Numbered from the stretch's first letter, positions 9,834 to 22,880 are shown. The stretch: DNA of 64,000 nt from an uncultured Hormoscilla sp. (GCA_963921275.4 OZ001293.3:2688001-2752000), one strand, 5' to 3'. The notes: generated by a model not told the origin, from the letters alone. Numbers and translations are program-made.

Positions 9834-10828
9834 ATGTCAAAAATTAAATTTCTGTATGCTTTACCGATCGTCCTGGCAGTGACGCCGCTAGTCACCCTCG
9901 ATTTGACCAGTAGTGACAATGGCGGTAGCTTGGTAAGCACGAACCTGGAAGCTTATGCCAAAAGCAGAGGCGGACGCAGCAGAGGCGGTTCCTTCCGCAG
10001 AAGTTCTCCTCCTTCTCGTTCCGGTCCTCGCAGTTCTGGTTCGGGCAGTTCCGGTTCTGATTACTACAGAAATGATGATTCCGATTACTATCCTACAAGT
10101 CCCATCTATAGGCGGAGGAGATATTACAGTTATTCAACTAGATGGGAATTGTTCTGGTTGTATCTGTTTATATTCGTGGCTGGGATCTTGGGATTGATAT
10201 TATTTATATACCTGTTCCAATGGTTCGTAAATCGCCCCAAATCATCTGTACCTAAAGAACTGGCCAATGATATCGTGACAGTGAGTAAGTTGCAAGTGGC
10301 TGGGGAATGCAAAAGAGGTGCAGTCAGAAATCTCGGAACTGATCCGCAATGCAGATTTATCTAGTTCAGAAGGTCTAGCAGAACAGTTACAAGAGGCGAC
10401 CCTGGTATTGCTGCGAAATTCGGCAAGCTGGACTCACGTTTGCGCTAGTTCCCAGAAGGTCAAGGGTAGGGAAAAAGCGGAAATCATCTTCCAGGAATTC
10501 TCGGTTTCCGAACGCAGCAAGTTTAGTTCGGAAACTCTCTCTAATGTTAATGGTCAAATCAGGGAACGGTCCCTCTGTGAGTCCAGAGTCCGATAAAACA
10601 GCTGATTACATTGTTGTCACCTTGTTAGTAGGGACAGAAGATGATAAACCTCTGTTTGCAGAGGTGAATACATTGGCAGAGTTAGAGTCAGCGTTAAAGC
10701 GGATAGCAGCAACTCCCCCAGACTATCTGCTGACCTTTGAACTGCTGCTCAGTCCTCAAGAAGAGTCTGACTACCTTAGCTACGATGAACTCTTGACTGA
10801 GTACCAAGAGATGAGGCTATTGGTTTAG
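9834..10828 (+). pseudogene. DUF1517 family protein split by two frameshifts
   Basis: SRGGRSRGGSF, VTVSKLQV, LQEATLVLLRN, ERSKFSSETLSNVNG, YIVVTLLVGT spread over three consecutive ORFs. Confidence 0.85.
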
Positions 10829-11222
10829 TTAAAATTGAGATGCATCGGTTGGGTTGAGGCACGAAACCCAACCTACGAACTGCTACCTTACCTACGATGA
10901 ACTCTTGACTGAGTACCAAGAGATGAGGCTATCGGGTAGTGGCTCGGAGGCAAACTGTGGCTGAAATTCTTGCTGCGCCGGTGTAGAGGCAGTTGCAGCG
11001 AGTTGCAGCGGACTGGGATTGTTCGCGATCGCTCCTAGTGGGCGTGATAATTTATCTGCGGACGTGGAGATTAGCCGGTTACAATAAGATATCCAGCCAG
11101 CGATCGCGCGCGCATAGAGGGCTAAATCTCACCGCGATCGCGACTGGACTGTTTTTCACCGGTGCAATATGGATATAAGGGCCACTGTCCATTTCACCCG
11201 CCTCGGTTTCGGTTGAAGGCTA

Positions 11223-11342
11223 TAAGTAGTCGTGCAAAATATTTGATGTTTTCGTCAATAAAGCTATAACCCTTGCTCTGTAATAATTTGAAGCTCTCTG
11301 GAGCAAACTCCGAACTCCGAACTCCGAACTCCGAACTACTTA
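11223..11342. mobile_element. Degenerate MITE with TAAGTAG termini
   Basis: TAAGTAGTCGTGCA...AACTACTTA ends like 57301/59834 elements; AACTCCG heptamers inside. Confidence 0.5.
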
Positions 11343-11354
11343 TCTCCGTGCCCC

Positions 11355-12629
11355 CTACGATCGTCTACTGAAGTCCTTGATCAGCGCTGGAACAATCCGG
11401 TTACTAGCCAGCCGGGCCCCAAATAAGTTGCGGGCCACCGGCCCCAGTTGCAATGCCGCCGCTCCCCCCATAATGAAAAGATTGCGTCCTGCCCAGCGAA
11501 GCCTCCCATCCAACACGGGTAAGCCATTGACCAGTGGTAAGGGGTTGGTCGCCCGTATATTGGCTAACAGGGGCCAGTGATTCACATCTAGCGTGCTACC
11601 GGTTGCTAGCCAGATGCGGTCGATCCGTTGTTGGGTAATGCAATGATGAACCTCCGGTTGGTTACAAGTCACGTTCCAGACATCCTCCTGCCATGCTGCG
11701 GACTGAACTGAGCACTGTTCGTAAAAAGATAGCTTGCCGTCTCGTCCCCTGCGTCGCAATTGGGTGAAAACGGCGGGGGTTAGGGAACCCCCATTGCGGG
11801 CAGCTTGAATCATCTGCCAGCGGGTTTCCCAATCGGGTTCGGCGTGGAACCCCTTGAGGTATTTGGGGCCGAGCCATCCAGGTTCGGCATCGAATAGTTT
11901 CTCGTAAAAGGTGCGCCGCGCCATCATGATGACCCTTGCGCCCCGAGCGATCGCCCCCAATGCCAGATGTCCGCTGGTCAGCCCACTGCCGACAATCAAA
12001 ATCGTTTCTCCGGTTAACTGTCGAAGACTGCGCAGATCGACCTGATGGGAGTGAAGGAGGCGATCGCTTGGGTAGTTCGAGGGCAAGGTTTGCATCCATG
12101 CGGGAATGTTGGGTTTACCGCCCGCGATCGCTAACACAACACGCTTGGCCGTCAGCACCCGATCATCGGTGAGTCCTAACCGAAATCGCTGCCATCCTTG
12201 CTGATGAAACAGTTCGATTTGCTGTATTTGTGCTGGAATTACCCGCTCCTGCAATCCCCAGCGCCGAATCACCTCTTGGTAAAAGTCATAGAAGAGTTGA
12301 GTTCCGGGTAGGTCGTAGGGAGGAAAGAGTTCCGATGGGCGTGATTCGGCAAAGGTGCGGAGGGCATGGGGATCGGGGTCGGGATGATGCACTACAGGCG
12401 ATCGCAGGTGGGGAATATTGTAGGCGGCAAACTGGTGTTGCCATTGCTGTAGCCAATCCCCAGCGGGATCGAGCACCACAAAGCGGTTGCGCATGGACTC
12501 CTTCTTTTGCAGCAAATGCGTCACCAACGTTAACGCCTGGGGGCCTGCACCAATGATGGCAATATCTACCTTGTCTACCGTTCCATTTGAGGGGGCCGTC
12601 TTCCAATTACACATCACTTTCCAATTCAT
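11355..12629 (-). CDS. FAD/NAD(P)-binding oxidoreductase
   Basis: DIAIIGAGPQAL, IPHLRSP, IVGSGLTSGHLA, WLATG, ALQLGPVARNL; exact start uncertain. Confidence 0.88.
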   Translation of the reverse strand: MNWKVMCNWKTAPSNGTVDKVDIAIIGAGPQALTLVTHLLQKKESMRNRFVVLDPAGDWLQQWQHQFAAYNIPHLRSPVVHHPDPDPHALRTFAESRPSELFPPYDLPGTQLFYDFYQEVIRRWGLQERVIPAQIQQIELFHQQGWQRFRLGLTDDRVLTAKRVVLAIAGGKPNIPAWMQTLPSNYPSDRLLHSHQVDLRSLRQLTGETILIVGSGLTSGHLALGAIARGARVIMMARRTFYEKLFDAEPGWLGPKYLKGFHAEPDWETRWQMIQAARNGGSLTPAVFTQLRRRGRDGKLSFYEQCSVQSAAWQEDVWNVTCNQPEVHHCITQQRIDRIWLATGSTLDVNHWPLLANIRATNPLPLVNGLPVLDGRLRWAGRNLFIMGGAAALQLGPVARNLFGARLASNRIVPALIKDFSRRS

Positions 12630-12638
12630 CTATAATAT

Positions 12639-12657
12639 GAGAATGATAATCATTCTC
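12639..12657. promoter_or_regulatory. Fur-family (probably Zur) operator between divergent genes
   Basis: Perfect 9-1-9 palindrome GAGAATGATAATCATTCTC. Confidence 0.8.
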
Positions 12658-12683
12658 TTTTTTGTATCTTAAGGCAAGACTGA

Positions 12684-14347
12684 ATGGACTCCATGACGTT
12701 GATTGCGATCGCAGGGCCGCCCGGTAGTGGCAAAACCACCTGGATGAGTCAGTTTCTCTCGAACCAGCATCGTCCTCTGTTTTACTGCTGTCCGGGGATG
12801 GGAGCGGGTTCGGTGGATCGAGCACGGATTGCGTATCGCTTTCCCCGGGTGCATTTGCTTCCCTTTCATCAAACACCGCAGGTCTTCGCCAACCTGCCAG
12901 ACCAGGCTTTGGTCTATCTGGAGCTAGGCTTTCACCTGGATTTGACCGCACCATTACTCGCGTCGCTGCCCTGCCATCGGATCGCCGTCCTGCCATCGGG
13001 TTTGCAAACATCGGAATGGCACGACTGGGCCGACGAGGTGATTTTCGGCAATGACATCACGATGTCTGCTTCCGATAACTTACCAGAGTTATGCTGTACG
13101 CCTTTGACAGGAAGAGTCTTTGACCCACCAAGCCTAGACGAGATTTTGATTGAACTGACGGGCGACGCTTACGGACAGGTGCAGCGAGTCAAGGGTATTT
13201 TTGAACTGCCGGATGGTCGAGCCTTCTACGTTGATTTTGTCGAAGGCTTGCCCGGAATTGAATACACCGAATTGGGTATTCCTCGCTGGCTAGAGGGCCG
13301 TCCCGATCGCTTCAGTGGCATTGAGGTTGTGGGCTGGAACTTGGAAAAGAAAATTATTGCCCAAACCTTACTGGCTGGGTGCTTATCGGATGGCGCGATC
13401 GCCCACTATCAGGAACAGTACAAAGCCCTAATTTCTAGGGTGTGTCATCAATCAAATTGCTTGACAGAAATAGATGGATACGGTATGGAGTCCTTATCCA
13501 GCAATAACAATCAAGAGGGCATGATATGAGACGCTATGGCTTGCGAGACGACCAGTGGGAACGGATCGAACACCTTTTACCTGGTAAAGAGGGTGACCCA
13601 GGCGCTACAGCCAAGAACAATAGATTATTCGTGTTCTGCCGTGTTATATCGATATCGTGCTGGCATTCCCTGGCGGGATTTACCGGAGTGTTTTGGGGAT
13701 TTTCGGGTTGTTCATACCCGCCATACCCGTTGGTCTGAAAAGGGAGTTTGGAAGCAGGTATTCGATGTCTTGGCCTCAGACGCCGATAACGAATACGCCG
13801 CGATTGATGCCACCATCCTGCGTGCCCATCAACGAGCGTGCGGGTGCAAAAAAAAACACCCTCAGATACGTGCGAAACCCAAGCCATAGGCCGTAGTAAA
13901 GGGGGACTATCGACAAAGATTCATGCCACTTGCGATTGCCCAAGGCAATCCCACAGGATTTCATCTTACCCCTGGCCAAGCCCACGACGGGAAAGGCGCT
14001 GACGTGCTATTGGATAAAATCGGTGAGATTGGCGCGCTGCTTGCAGATAAAGCCTATGATGCGGAACAACGTGTGCTCGAGCGCCTGAAAGAGGCGGATT
14101 GGATGGCTGTCATTCCTCCAAAAAGTAACCGCACAGAACACAGAGAATACGATGAAGAAATGTACAAGTGGCGGCATCTAATTGAAAATCTATTCCAAAA
14201 ACTCAAGCAATACAGGGCTCTGGCGACACGCTACGATAAAACGGCTCGCAATTTCTTGGGTGCCATCTACCTCGCGGCAGCTGTAATATGGCTTAATTGA
14301 TGACACGCACTAGTGAAACTAACCAAGAAGAGAGTGTCCTGATATGA
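12684..14347 (+). pseudogene. COG0523/CobW-like GTPase metallochaperone interrupted near its 3' end by IS5 (current ORF 12684-13529)
   Basis: AGPPGSGKTTW P-loop, YGQVQRVKGIF; removing the IS restores ...ALISSETNQEESVLI* overlapping the next ATG. Confidence 0.8.
13438..14310 (+). mobile_element. IS5-family element with frameshifted transposase
   Basis: TIR GGGTGTGTCATCAA/TTGATGACACGCAC flanked by TA (CTAG); [49 protein letters not shown]. Confidence 0.93.
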
Positions 14348-15156
14348 AACTCGCCGTCATTTCCTGCATTCATGGCAACTATGAAGCGTTGAATGCAGTG
14401 ATATCTGATATCGACGCTCAAAAGGCAGACCAGATTTATTGCCTGGGCGATCTAGTCGGTTATGGTCCCCATCCCAATGCCGTCGTCGATCTGATTCGCG
14501 CCCTCGATATTCCCACCTGTCAGGGCTGCTGGGATGAAGATATTGTCGAAGGTTTGAATGCGTGCGAATGCAGTTACCCTTCTCAGCTCGCGGAGGAGCG
14601 AGGACGACTGGCTCATAAATGGACAAACAATGTCATTCATCCAGAGGTGCGCGAGTATCTGGCAACACTCCCGATGACCCTGCGACTGGATAATCTTTGC
14701 TTTGTGCATGGCAGTCCCAATAGCCAACACGAATACCTGCTGCCCAGCATGGATGGCTTTGCGGCATTGGAGCGAGTCTTATCCGCTAATGCCGAGGTGC
14801 TTTTCTGCGGTCACACCCATGTGCCCTATGTACGGACTCTCGAAGAGGGTAACTTGAGCGTTCGGGTTCAACAACCAGGTCAAGATGAATCTACCGCTGA
14901 GATTCAGGTGCCGTTGAAGCTAATGATTAACGCAGGATCGGTGGGAGAACCTCGGCATGGTCGCCCTAATGCAACCTATGTCCTCTATGACACTGATACA
15001 GTACAGGTAGAACTCAGAGAAGTGCCCTACGACTACGAAAAAACCTGCGCCGACATCATTGCCAAGGGTCTGCCGCCGATCTTTGCCTGGCGGTTGGCAC
15101 GGGGGATGGAGTTTGCGGAACGGGCAGACGATCCGAGTCATGTGTGTCAGCGATGA
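14344..15156 (+). CDS. Metallophosphoesterase family protein
   Basis: ISCIHGN, LGDLVGYG, VHGSP, CGHTH, INAGSVG. Confidence 0.92.
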   Translation: MKLAVISCIHGNYEALNAVISDIDAQKADQIYCLGDLVGYGPHPNAVVDLIRALDIPTCQGCWDEDIVEGLNACECSYPSQLAEERGRLAHKWTNNVIHPEVREYLATLPMTLRLDNLCFVHGSPNSQHEYLLPSMDGFAALERVLSANAEVLFCGHTHVPYVRTLEEGNLSVRVQQPGQDESTAEIQVPLKLMINAGSVGEPRHGRPNATYVLYDTDTVQVELREVPYDYEKTCADIIAKGLPPIFAWRLARGMEFAERADDPSHVCQR

Positions 15157-15191
15157 GTGGGTAAGCAGGTTTTCCTCGAGGAGGTGAGCGG

Positions 15192-15896
15192 ATGCAATGG
15201 GCAATTTTGAGTGGTATTGAGGGCAATTTAGCGGCCTATGAAGCGGTGTTGCAGGATATTCGACGGCAGCGCAGCCCGGTCACTGACCTATACATAGTCG
15301 GAGATGTGGTGGGACTAAAGGGGAATAATGAGGCGGTGATTGAGCGACTGCGATCGCCCCGTTCGGGAGAACTCGAACCTCAGGTTTGTATCGGTTGGTG
15401 GGAAGAGCAATGCTTTAGTCTCCATGGGCTGAGTGGATTGCCAGACGCCCCCGAATTGATGGCCCAATGGGGTGGCGATGGGGTCAAGCACCTGTGGGAA
15501 TCGGTATCGCGGGAGTCGGTGGGGTGGTTGCGATCGCGCCACTTTGGCTTTCATGAGTTGGACTGCCTACTGATCCATGGCAGTACGGTGAGCTATGCCG
15601 ATGAAATCACGCCAGAGATACCTGCGATTCAATTGTGCGATCGTCTCATCCGCGCCGATGCTAATACCCTATTTTGTGGGCGATCGGGGCTGACCTTTGA
15701 ATGCTGGGTGACTCCCCGTAAACTCCGCTCAACAGTCACGACCTTAGACGGCAAACAGGAGCCACAGGAACAGGGAAAAACACCCCGCCGCGTTGTCGGC
15801 GTTGGATCTGTAGGGCGCACCCTTGGTCAGGCAACCTACGCCCGATATAACCCTGGCAATGATGACGTAACCTTTAGTACTGTAACCTACGGATAA
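15192..15896 (+). CDS. Divergent metallophosphoesterase-like protein
   Basis: LSGIEGN, VGDVVG, IHGS, FCGRSG, VGSVG: same fold with substituted metal ligands. Confidence 0.85.
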   Translation: MQWAILSGIEGNLAAYEAVLQDIRRQRSPVTDLYIVGDVVGLKGNNEAVIERLRSPRSGELEPQVCIGWWEEQCFSLHGLSGLPDAPELMAQWGGDGVKHLWESVSRESVGWLRSRHFGFHELDCLLIHGSTVSYADEITPEIPAIQLCDRLIRADANTLFCGRSGLTFECWVTPRKLRSTVTTLDGKQEPQEQGKTPRRVVGVGSVGRTLGQATYARYNPGNDDVTFSTVTYG

Positions 15897-16079
15897 ACCC
15901 AAAGCTTTGGACCAACTCAACGTTGAAGCAACTTCCTTGGCACATATCGTTTGACTTTGACTGGGTCACACGTCTTAAGGCTCAGACTCTACATCTCAAT
16001 ACTACCGGCATGGTGTCAGGTTATTGCTAACCGCTTCAACCCGCTGTACTCACTTTGAATGGCGATCGCCCTTGCCTGA

Positions 16080-17210
<1,131 letters not shown>

Positions 17211-17289
17211 GCGAGAGCAGAACTGGGCGATTAGAAGAGCGATCGCTCTTCTGATTCCCCAGATTCATATTGTTACACGACTTGGAAGG

Positions 17290-18060
17290 TTAAGGCTAGC
17301 TCAATCTCCGCTTCGCTAATTTTAATTTCGATCTTGCTGGAATTTATATCAGTCATTGGTATCTTGGAAGCGCTGGGTGCTGGCGGGACTGAGCTTTTTC
17401 TGCCAACAACTTGCGATCCGCCTGAATAGCACTACTGCTATTATAGAACTAGCGACTCCCAAGGCAGCAGATCCGTAGAGTGCTATCCATGTCATTTCTT
17501 GCTGACTTTTCAAAGTCAGCAAGCGACTCATCAACAGACGCTCTTCCTCTGCTATAAATAATTCGACGCGCGCGTAGCGCGCGCGTGCTATTCGTTGCTC
17601 TTTTACCTGCCAGCATAATCTCAGATAATGCTGCTGGCGACTCTGGGGGTTGCTGATTCCGGGTCAGATAAGATTCCAACTCCTCCTGTCTCTGTTCTAC
17701 GGAGCTTTTTATTTCCAGGATTCGCTGACTCTGTTTGGGGTTATCTTTCACTAGATCCCGCAGTTTCTCTAGGGACTCGGAAATAGCTGCGATCGCCTCT
17801 TGATAATGTTCGAGTAACTCTTGATTTTGAGTCAGTTTATATCCGCGCATTCCTGTTTCCGCATCTATCAAGTTCGCGATAATATGTTCCGCAGGGCACT
17901 ATGGGTATGTTGCACCCATTTTTCCGCCTCATATGTCTTCACCTGCAACAACCAAAATATTCCCAAGTATGTCACTCAACTTGAAATCCTAATGGCCGCA
18001 ATTAACATTTTTGCCTACTGTTAACTTCGACCAGTAATTCCCCAAACTCTTTATTATGCT
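17290..18060 (-). pseudogene. CHASE3 sensor-domain gene remnant
   Basis: IDAETGMRGYKLTQ...LVKDNPKQ CHASE3 motif; broken frames and a small palindromic insertion at ~17565-17587; boundaries approximate. Confidence 0.7.
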
Positions 18061-18162
18061 CATCTTTCACCTTCCCTCCGTCTCTTTGATTAATATTAAT
18101 TAACCGGGTTAATAATTATCTCTATCCATGGTATGACATTAACCCGGCTTTCTGGAACATGG

Positions 18163-18561
18163 TTATATTTGATTGAATAAAGTCCGCATTGACTCTATCC
18201 TTTGGCGGTTTACCCCTATATCTGACTGTCCCAAACGAGATGCCGATCGGACGTGAATCACCTTAGCATTATCATCCAATAAAAATTCTACATCATCCAC
18301 GTATCCCATTATTTTACTGGTAAACTCAGCATACAAGTAGTTATCTGAGTCAGTAACTATCTGAGTGCGGGGCTGATTTTGGATCGTTGCCTTCAGTTTG
18401 GCCAAGGCTTCAGTTGGGGTTGAATTATAAGTCAACGGCTGGATATAATGTTGTTGGTCTGTTTCTGGACCTTGGCTACAGACACAGTTAGGCGATTTTG
18501 GACAAGGGGTCAACTTGCCATTTTTGACGCCAATGTTAGTGGGTCGTTTTCCTGCAAACAT
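18163..18561 (-). CDS. DUF1499 family protein
   Basis: LTPCPKSPNCVCSQ, GYVDDVEF, IHVRSASRLGQSDIGVNRQR. Confidence 0.93.
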   Translation of the reverse strand: MFAGKRPTNIGVKNGKLTPCPKSPNCVCSQGPETDQQHYIQPLTYNSTPTEALAKLKATIQNQPRTQIVTDSDNYLYAEFTSKIMGYVDDVEFLLDDNAKVIHVRSASRLGQSDIGVNRQRIESMRTLFNQI

Positions 18562-18919
18562 AATTCATCCTGAATCTTTTTTCTGACTGACCTGGGAGTT
18601 GCGTTCCCAGAACACTCCTTGATTATAACCTGGCCTGGTTCGATCTGAGTGACGAAGATGCTAATTTTTTTTCCGCCCAGCAGCAGGAAGTTGGATCCAT
18701 TTCCATGCCGACATCGAGTCTCCCCAGCTTTTTGGCGACGGTTGTCCCGTCGATGTCCGACGGGTAGTGCGAGTAGACACGCGAGCGGTCTCTTGGGTAG
18801 TGCGAGTAGCGCGGCCTTCGCGAGACACCTCACCGGGAGGCATCGAGCGCCCGTCGGACATCGAAACCCAGTCAGGGGTCGAAAAAGGGTAAGGTGGGCA
18901 GTACACACCCTACAGGTTG

Positions 18920-20665
18920 TCAATGCAGCAATTCTTCTAATTGTTGCTGTTGCCAAAGGTTTTGGTATAAACCGAGTTGTTGCATGAGTTCGGCGTGAGT
19001 GCCGATCTGAACGATCGCACCTTTATCCATGACAAAGATGCGATCGGCGGTAGCAGCAGCGGACATTTGGTGAGAGATAAAAATCACGGTTTGGCGCTTG
19101 GTTCCTTCCGAGAGGTTCCTGAGAATGTTGGTCGCGGTTTGGTTATCCACGCTGGAAAGGGCATCATCTAATATTAACACGGGGGCATCCACAAGTAATG
19201 CTCTGGCTAAGGCGGTGCGCTGTCGCTGTCCGCCGGAAAGGGTTACCCCCCGTTCCCCGACGATGGTTTCATATTGTTGGGGAAAGTTGCCGATTTCTGA
19301 GTGCATTTGTGCTTGTTTAGCGGCGATTTCGATTTCTATACCTTCCAGAACGGGGTCGCCGTAGCGGATGTTATTCTTGATGGTGGTGCTGAACAGAAAG
19401 CTGTCTTGGGGGACGTAGGCGATCGCCCCTCGCAAGTCATCCAGTTTCAGCAGGGTAATATCGTAACCATCCATAAAGATAGTCCGGGGGGGAATATCTA
19501 GCAAGCGGGGCAAAGCATTGGCTAAAGTAGACTTACCAGCACCAATAGGTCCGACAATGGCCACGGTTTCCCCAGGTTTGATGGCAAAATTTACATCCTT
19601 GAGGGCAGGAGTTTTGGCTCCCGGATAGGTATAATTGAGATGTTGGGCTATTAGTTGACCTCGGATAGGAGTTGCTAACTGGGCAGCGTAGTTCAGGTCT
19701 TTAATCTTGGGTTCGACTTGGAAAATGGTCTCGATGCGATCGACACTCACTTCACCCAGTTGATAGGCGCTAATAGTGAAACCGAGTAAAGCTGTGGGGA
19801 AACCCAAGCGTTCCGCGTACAGGAGGAGAGCCAGAAAATCCCCAATGGTGATCGTACCACGGGCGATCGCGCTTGTCCCCAGCCACATTAACACGAGCAA
19901 ACTGAGATTAGCTAATGCTTCTACTAGAGGAAATAGCAGATAGCGAGTTCTGGCCAGGCGCAGATTTGCACCCAACAGTTGACGATTAAACTGACGAAAA
20001 GCGCGACGTTCGTTCTCTTCCTGGGCATATATTTTAATCAAACTAATGCCACTCATATCCTCTTGAATGAGATCGCTGACGCGGGAGAGTTCTTCTTGCA
20101 CTTCCTGCTGCTGACTACGCAGGCGATGGCTAAATAACTGAACAATAACCAACATGAAAGGATAGACTGCGATCGCCCATAAAGTCAGCCGTCCATTAAT
20201 AGACAGCATCAAGGGGAGAGTCAAGCTGTAAGCAAAGATCATATTTGCCAGACTCAGCACCGCAAACCCCACCAGTCGGCGGATATTATCCACATCGCTA
20301 GTAGCGCGGTTAATCAAATCTCCCACCTTATTAGCAGCAAAATAGGCAGGTTCTAAAGTTAACAGCTGCCCAAATATCCTCTGTTTCAGGTCAAATTCTA
20401 CCCAACGTCCGACGCCAAAGATTAACAGGCGCGATGCCATGCGAATTACCCACATTATACAGGCCAGTAGTAGGACGATCGCCACGTAGCCCATGACCTG
20501 ACTAAAGTCGAAATTAATTTGCAGTCGATCGATAGTATTACGAATCTGCAGGGGGATGTAGACGCCTAGTGCGTTGACAATAAATAAAGCTGCGATGCCT
20601 AAAGACACCGGTTTCCAGTGGGGACCCATATAAGCGCCCAGTTTTTGTAACCTTGATTTCGCCAT
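18920..20665 (-). CDS. ABC transporter, fused permease/ATP-binding
   Basis: TM N-domain, GPIGAGKST, LSGGQRQR, LILDD. Confidence 0.95.
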   Translation of the reverse strand: MAKSRLQKLGAYMGPHWKPVSLGIAALFIVNALGVYIPLQIRNTIDRLQINFDFSQVMGYVAIVLLLACIMWVIRMASRLLIFGVGRWVEFDLKQRIFGQLLTLEPAYFAANKVGDLINRATSDVDNIRRLVGFAVLSLANMIFAYSLTLPLMLSINGRLTLWAIAVYPFMLVIVQLFSHRLRSQQQEVQEELSRVSDLIQEDMSGISLIKIYAQEENERRAFRQFNRQLLGANLRLARTRYLLFPLVEALANLSLLVLMWLGTSAIARGTITIGDFLALLLYAERLGFPTALLGFTISAYQLGEVSVDRIETIFQVEPKIKDLNYAAQLATPIRGQLIAQHLNYTYPGAKTPALKDVNFAIKPGETVAIVGPIGAGKSTLANALPRLLDIPPRTIFMDGYDITLLKLDDLRGAIAYVPQDSFLFSTTIKNNIRYGDPVLEGIEIEIAAKQAQMHSEIGNFPQQYETIVGERGVTLSGGQRQRTALARALLVDAPVLILDDALSSVDNQTATNILRNLSEGTKRQTVIFISHQMSAAATADRIFVMDKGAIVQIGTHAELMQQLGLYQNLWQQQQLEELLH

Positions 20666-21584
20666 GTTTGTTGTTGCGCTTTAGCGTTTATTGGTGAATG
20701 GCTGGACATCTACCATCTTACCACTAAGATAAAGGTCATTTAATATCAAGTCGCCACCACCTTCTGTGTCCCCCGGGAGCGCTAAAAGCACTACCCGGGA
20801 GAGACAGACCTCACCCTAAAGGGCAAGACTTACCTTCGCCTGGCGGGCTAGATGACAAAATGGAGATGTCCCTGGCATTTAATATAAAGTAGGGTGGACA
20901 TTGCCTAGGCTGTTGATTTTGGTCATTTTTCGGCTCTGTCGGTGTCCCCTGGGAGCGCTAAAAGCACTACCCAGGGGACACCGATCCCTCACTCCGGGAG
21001 CGTGGGATGGCGCGATCGCCTACAATTCATATAGAGCAATCGATCCACGGTCTCATAACCTTACACAAAAACTGCATGAAGTTTTTTCTGGGGCCATCGA
21101 AGTTCAAGTGTGAACAGCCTACGTGTCACCCGATCCCGGGGCTTCGCCCGACCTTCGAGCGCTAATCAAGTAACTATCGATCCAGAGAACATCTCGACAA
21201 GAGATTGATTTTTTAGCATCTACAAATTTTCTACCTCAGATCCCTAGCAGCTATCAAACAAAAAATTTAAAAGCGTTCCACCGGAGAATAATTAAGGATT
21301 GCAGAATAGGCATTCGATATCCCCCAGAGGGGACGCTCGATGTCTCCGGAGAGCTCGCGCGCTATTCGCACTGCGCATCGCACATCGCGGAGACATCGTA
21401 TTCGCACTACCCCAGAGATATCGAGGCCAGAACTAGAGATAGAATTAAAATTTTCAAGTACCTATTCCGTAATTACCGGAACAACATAGATTAGAAGCTG
21501 AGAAGAAAGCGCGGTTAACCTATGTGATGACATTGCTGCGACGCGGTGTCTCCCGGGGACAGCTCCCAGGAGACACCGCGAAGA

Positions 21585-21698
21585 TATAGCAAGCCGTGCA
21601 GGAGTTGTGCAACCCGTAATTGATAAAAATATTATCCCGTAATGGTTTCAGGGGCGATCCCCCTGACCTGTTGACACAAATGATTTAGGCTAGCTATA
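21585..21698. mobile_element. MITE with TATAG termini (inverted copy 40872-40984)
   Basis: TATAGCAAGCCGTGCAGGAGTTGTGC...CACAAATGATTTAGGCT shared by both copies. Confidence 0.75.
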
Positions 21699-21884
21699 CT
21701 ATCACTATAGTTCCTCTCTTCAAATCGCCCCGGGCTTGACAAGTAAGGAGTAAAAAGCTACCAACTCTCTTGAGCAACCATTTGAGGATAAGGCTGAATA
21801 GGTAACGTTAAGAGATAAATAACCGGGTCGCTCGATGTCTCGGGGACATCGTACTCGCACTACCCACGAGACGGCTAGTTTTTA

Positions 21885-22545
21885 ATTACTTTCTTTGATT
21901 TTTTCGGGATCTTTTCTTGGATTTTCTTTGTCTCTTTGACATCAAAAACATAAAAACGGCAAAATTGTTCCGTTAGTAACTCATCATTGGCATTATAAAA
22001 TCTATACCACTTATTAACATAATATCCCTCTTATTCGATTTTCCGATCGTAAAAAATCTCATCTTTTATTTCCTTCTTATAATTAGTATGGACTCCCTGA
22101 ATCTACAATACCAATAGTCCATTTTAATCTAACATACCCTGTAGCTTGGCCAGCAACTGTTCGTTTTTTTCTCTAGCGGTAATGTGACTAGCAATCCTAT
22201 ACTCACCTTCTTCCTATACCACACATATTACACCTCCCGTTGAAACGTTCGCCTCAAACTTATCCTCTGTTTCAAATTCAGTAATATCTTCACAAATAAA
22301 TTTTACATCTGAAGAAGCTTTTCTTCGCAATTTCCAGCATTTCAGGAGAAAAATAGACACCAACAATCATTTGCCAGTGAGAGCATTTTTTCCGTAAGTA
22401 GTCCAGTTCCTACACCAATATCTAAAACTTTCCTTCTACCACCGAGCAAGTTATACAAAGTCTTGCTAAGTGCCTCAAAGTCAAAGTATCCGCTTATCAA
22501 TAGGTTGTCATAATATTTTACTATCTCAACGTACTCGTTAATCAT
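21885..22545 (-). pseudogene. Class I SAM-dependent methyltransferase remnant
   Basis: VLDIGVGTG motif I followed by multiple frameshifts; AT-rich; 3' boundary approximate. Confidence 0.7.
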
Positions 22546-22753
22546 AAGCTTGTCCTTATCACTTACAATGGTTCAAAACCAACGGCTTTTGAACCGGTAA
22601 ATTTCTGACTTAGACCAAGTCCAGCAGACCTTCTCAAGCTCAACTTCAACTAAAGTTCGGAAGTTATATTCGAGCAAGCCTGGCCAATAATAGCCGCCCT
22701 CCCAATCCTTGTAAGTGATTTAAATCACATTAATAGTGTGACTCTATATACCT

Positions 22754-22880
22754 GAGCCGAGGTCGAGCCGAGGTCGAGCCGAGGTCGAGCCGAGATCGAG
22801 CCGAGATCGAGCTGAGGTCGAGCCAGACCCTCGCCCGAGTCGAGCCATTAGCGAGCCCTAGGCGAGCCGTAGTCGAGCGA
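22754..22880. repeat. 11-nt tandem repeat GAGCCGAG(G/A)TC, degenerating rightwards
   Basis: About six near-perfect units, then degenerate units. Confidence 0.85.

Noticed and set aside
18510..18987. Three overlapping ORFs between DUF1499 and the ABC transporter
   Set aside because: They arise from stop-poor nested hairpin elements and show no protein motif
22754..22880. Possible CRISPR array (also considered 6779-7222, 54685-54803, 57100-57215)
   Set aside because: Units are contiguous with no unique spacers of regular length, and there are no cas genes
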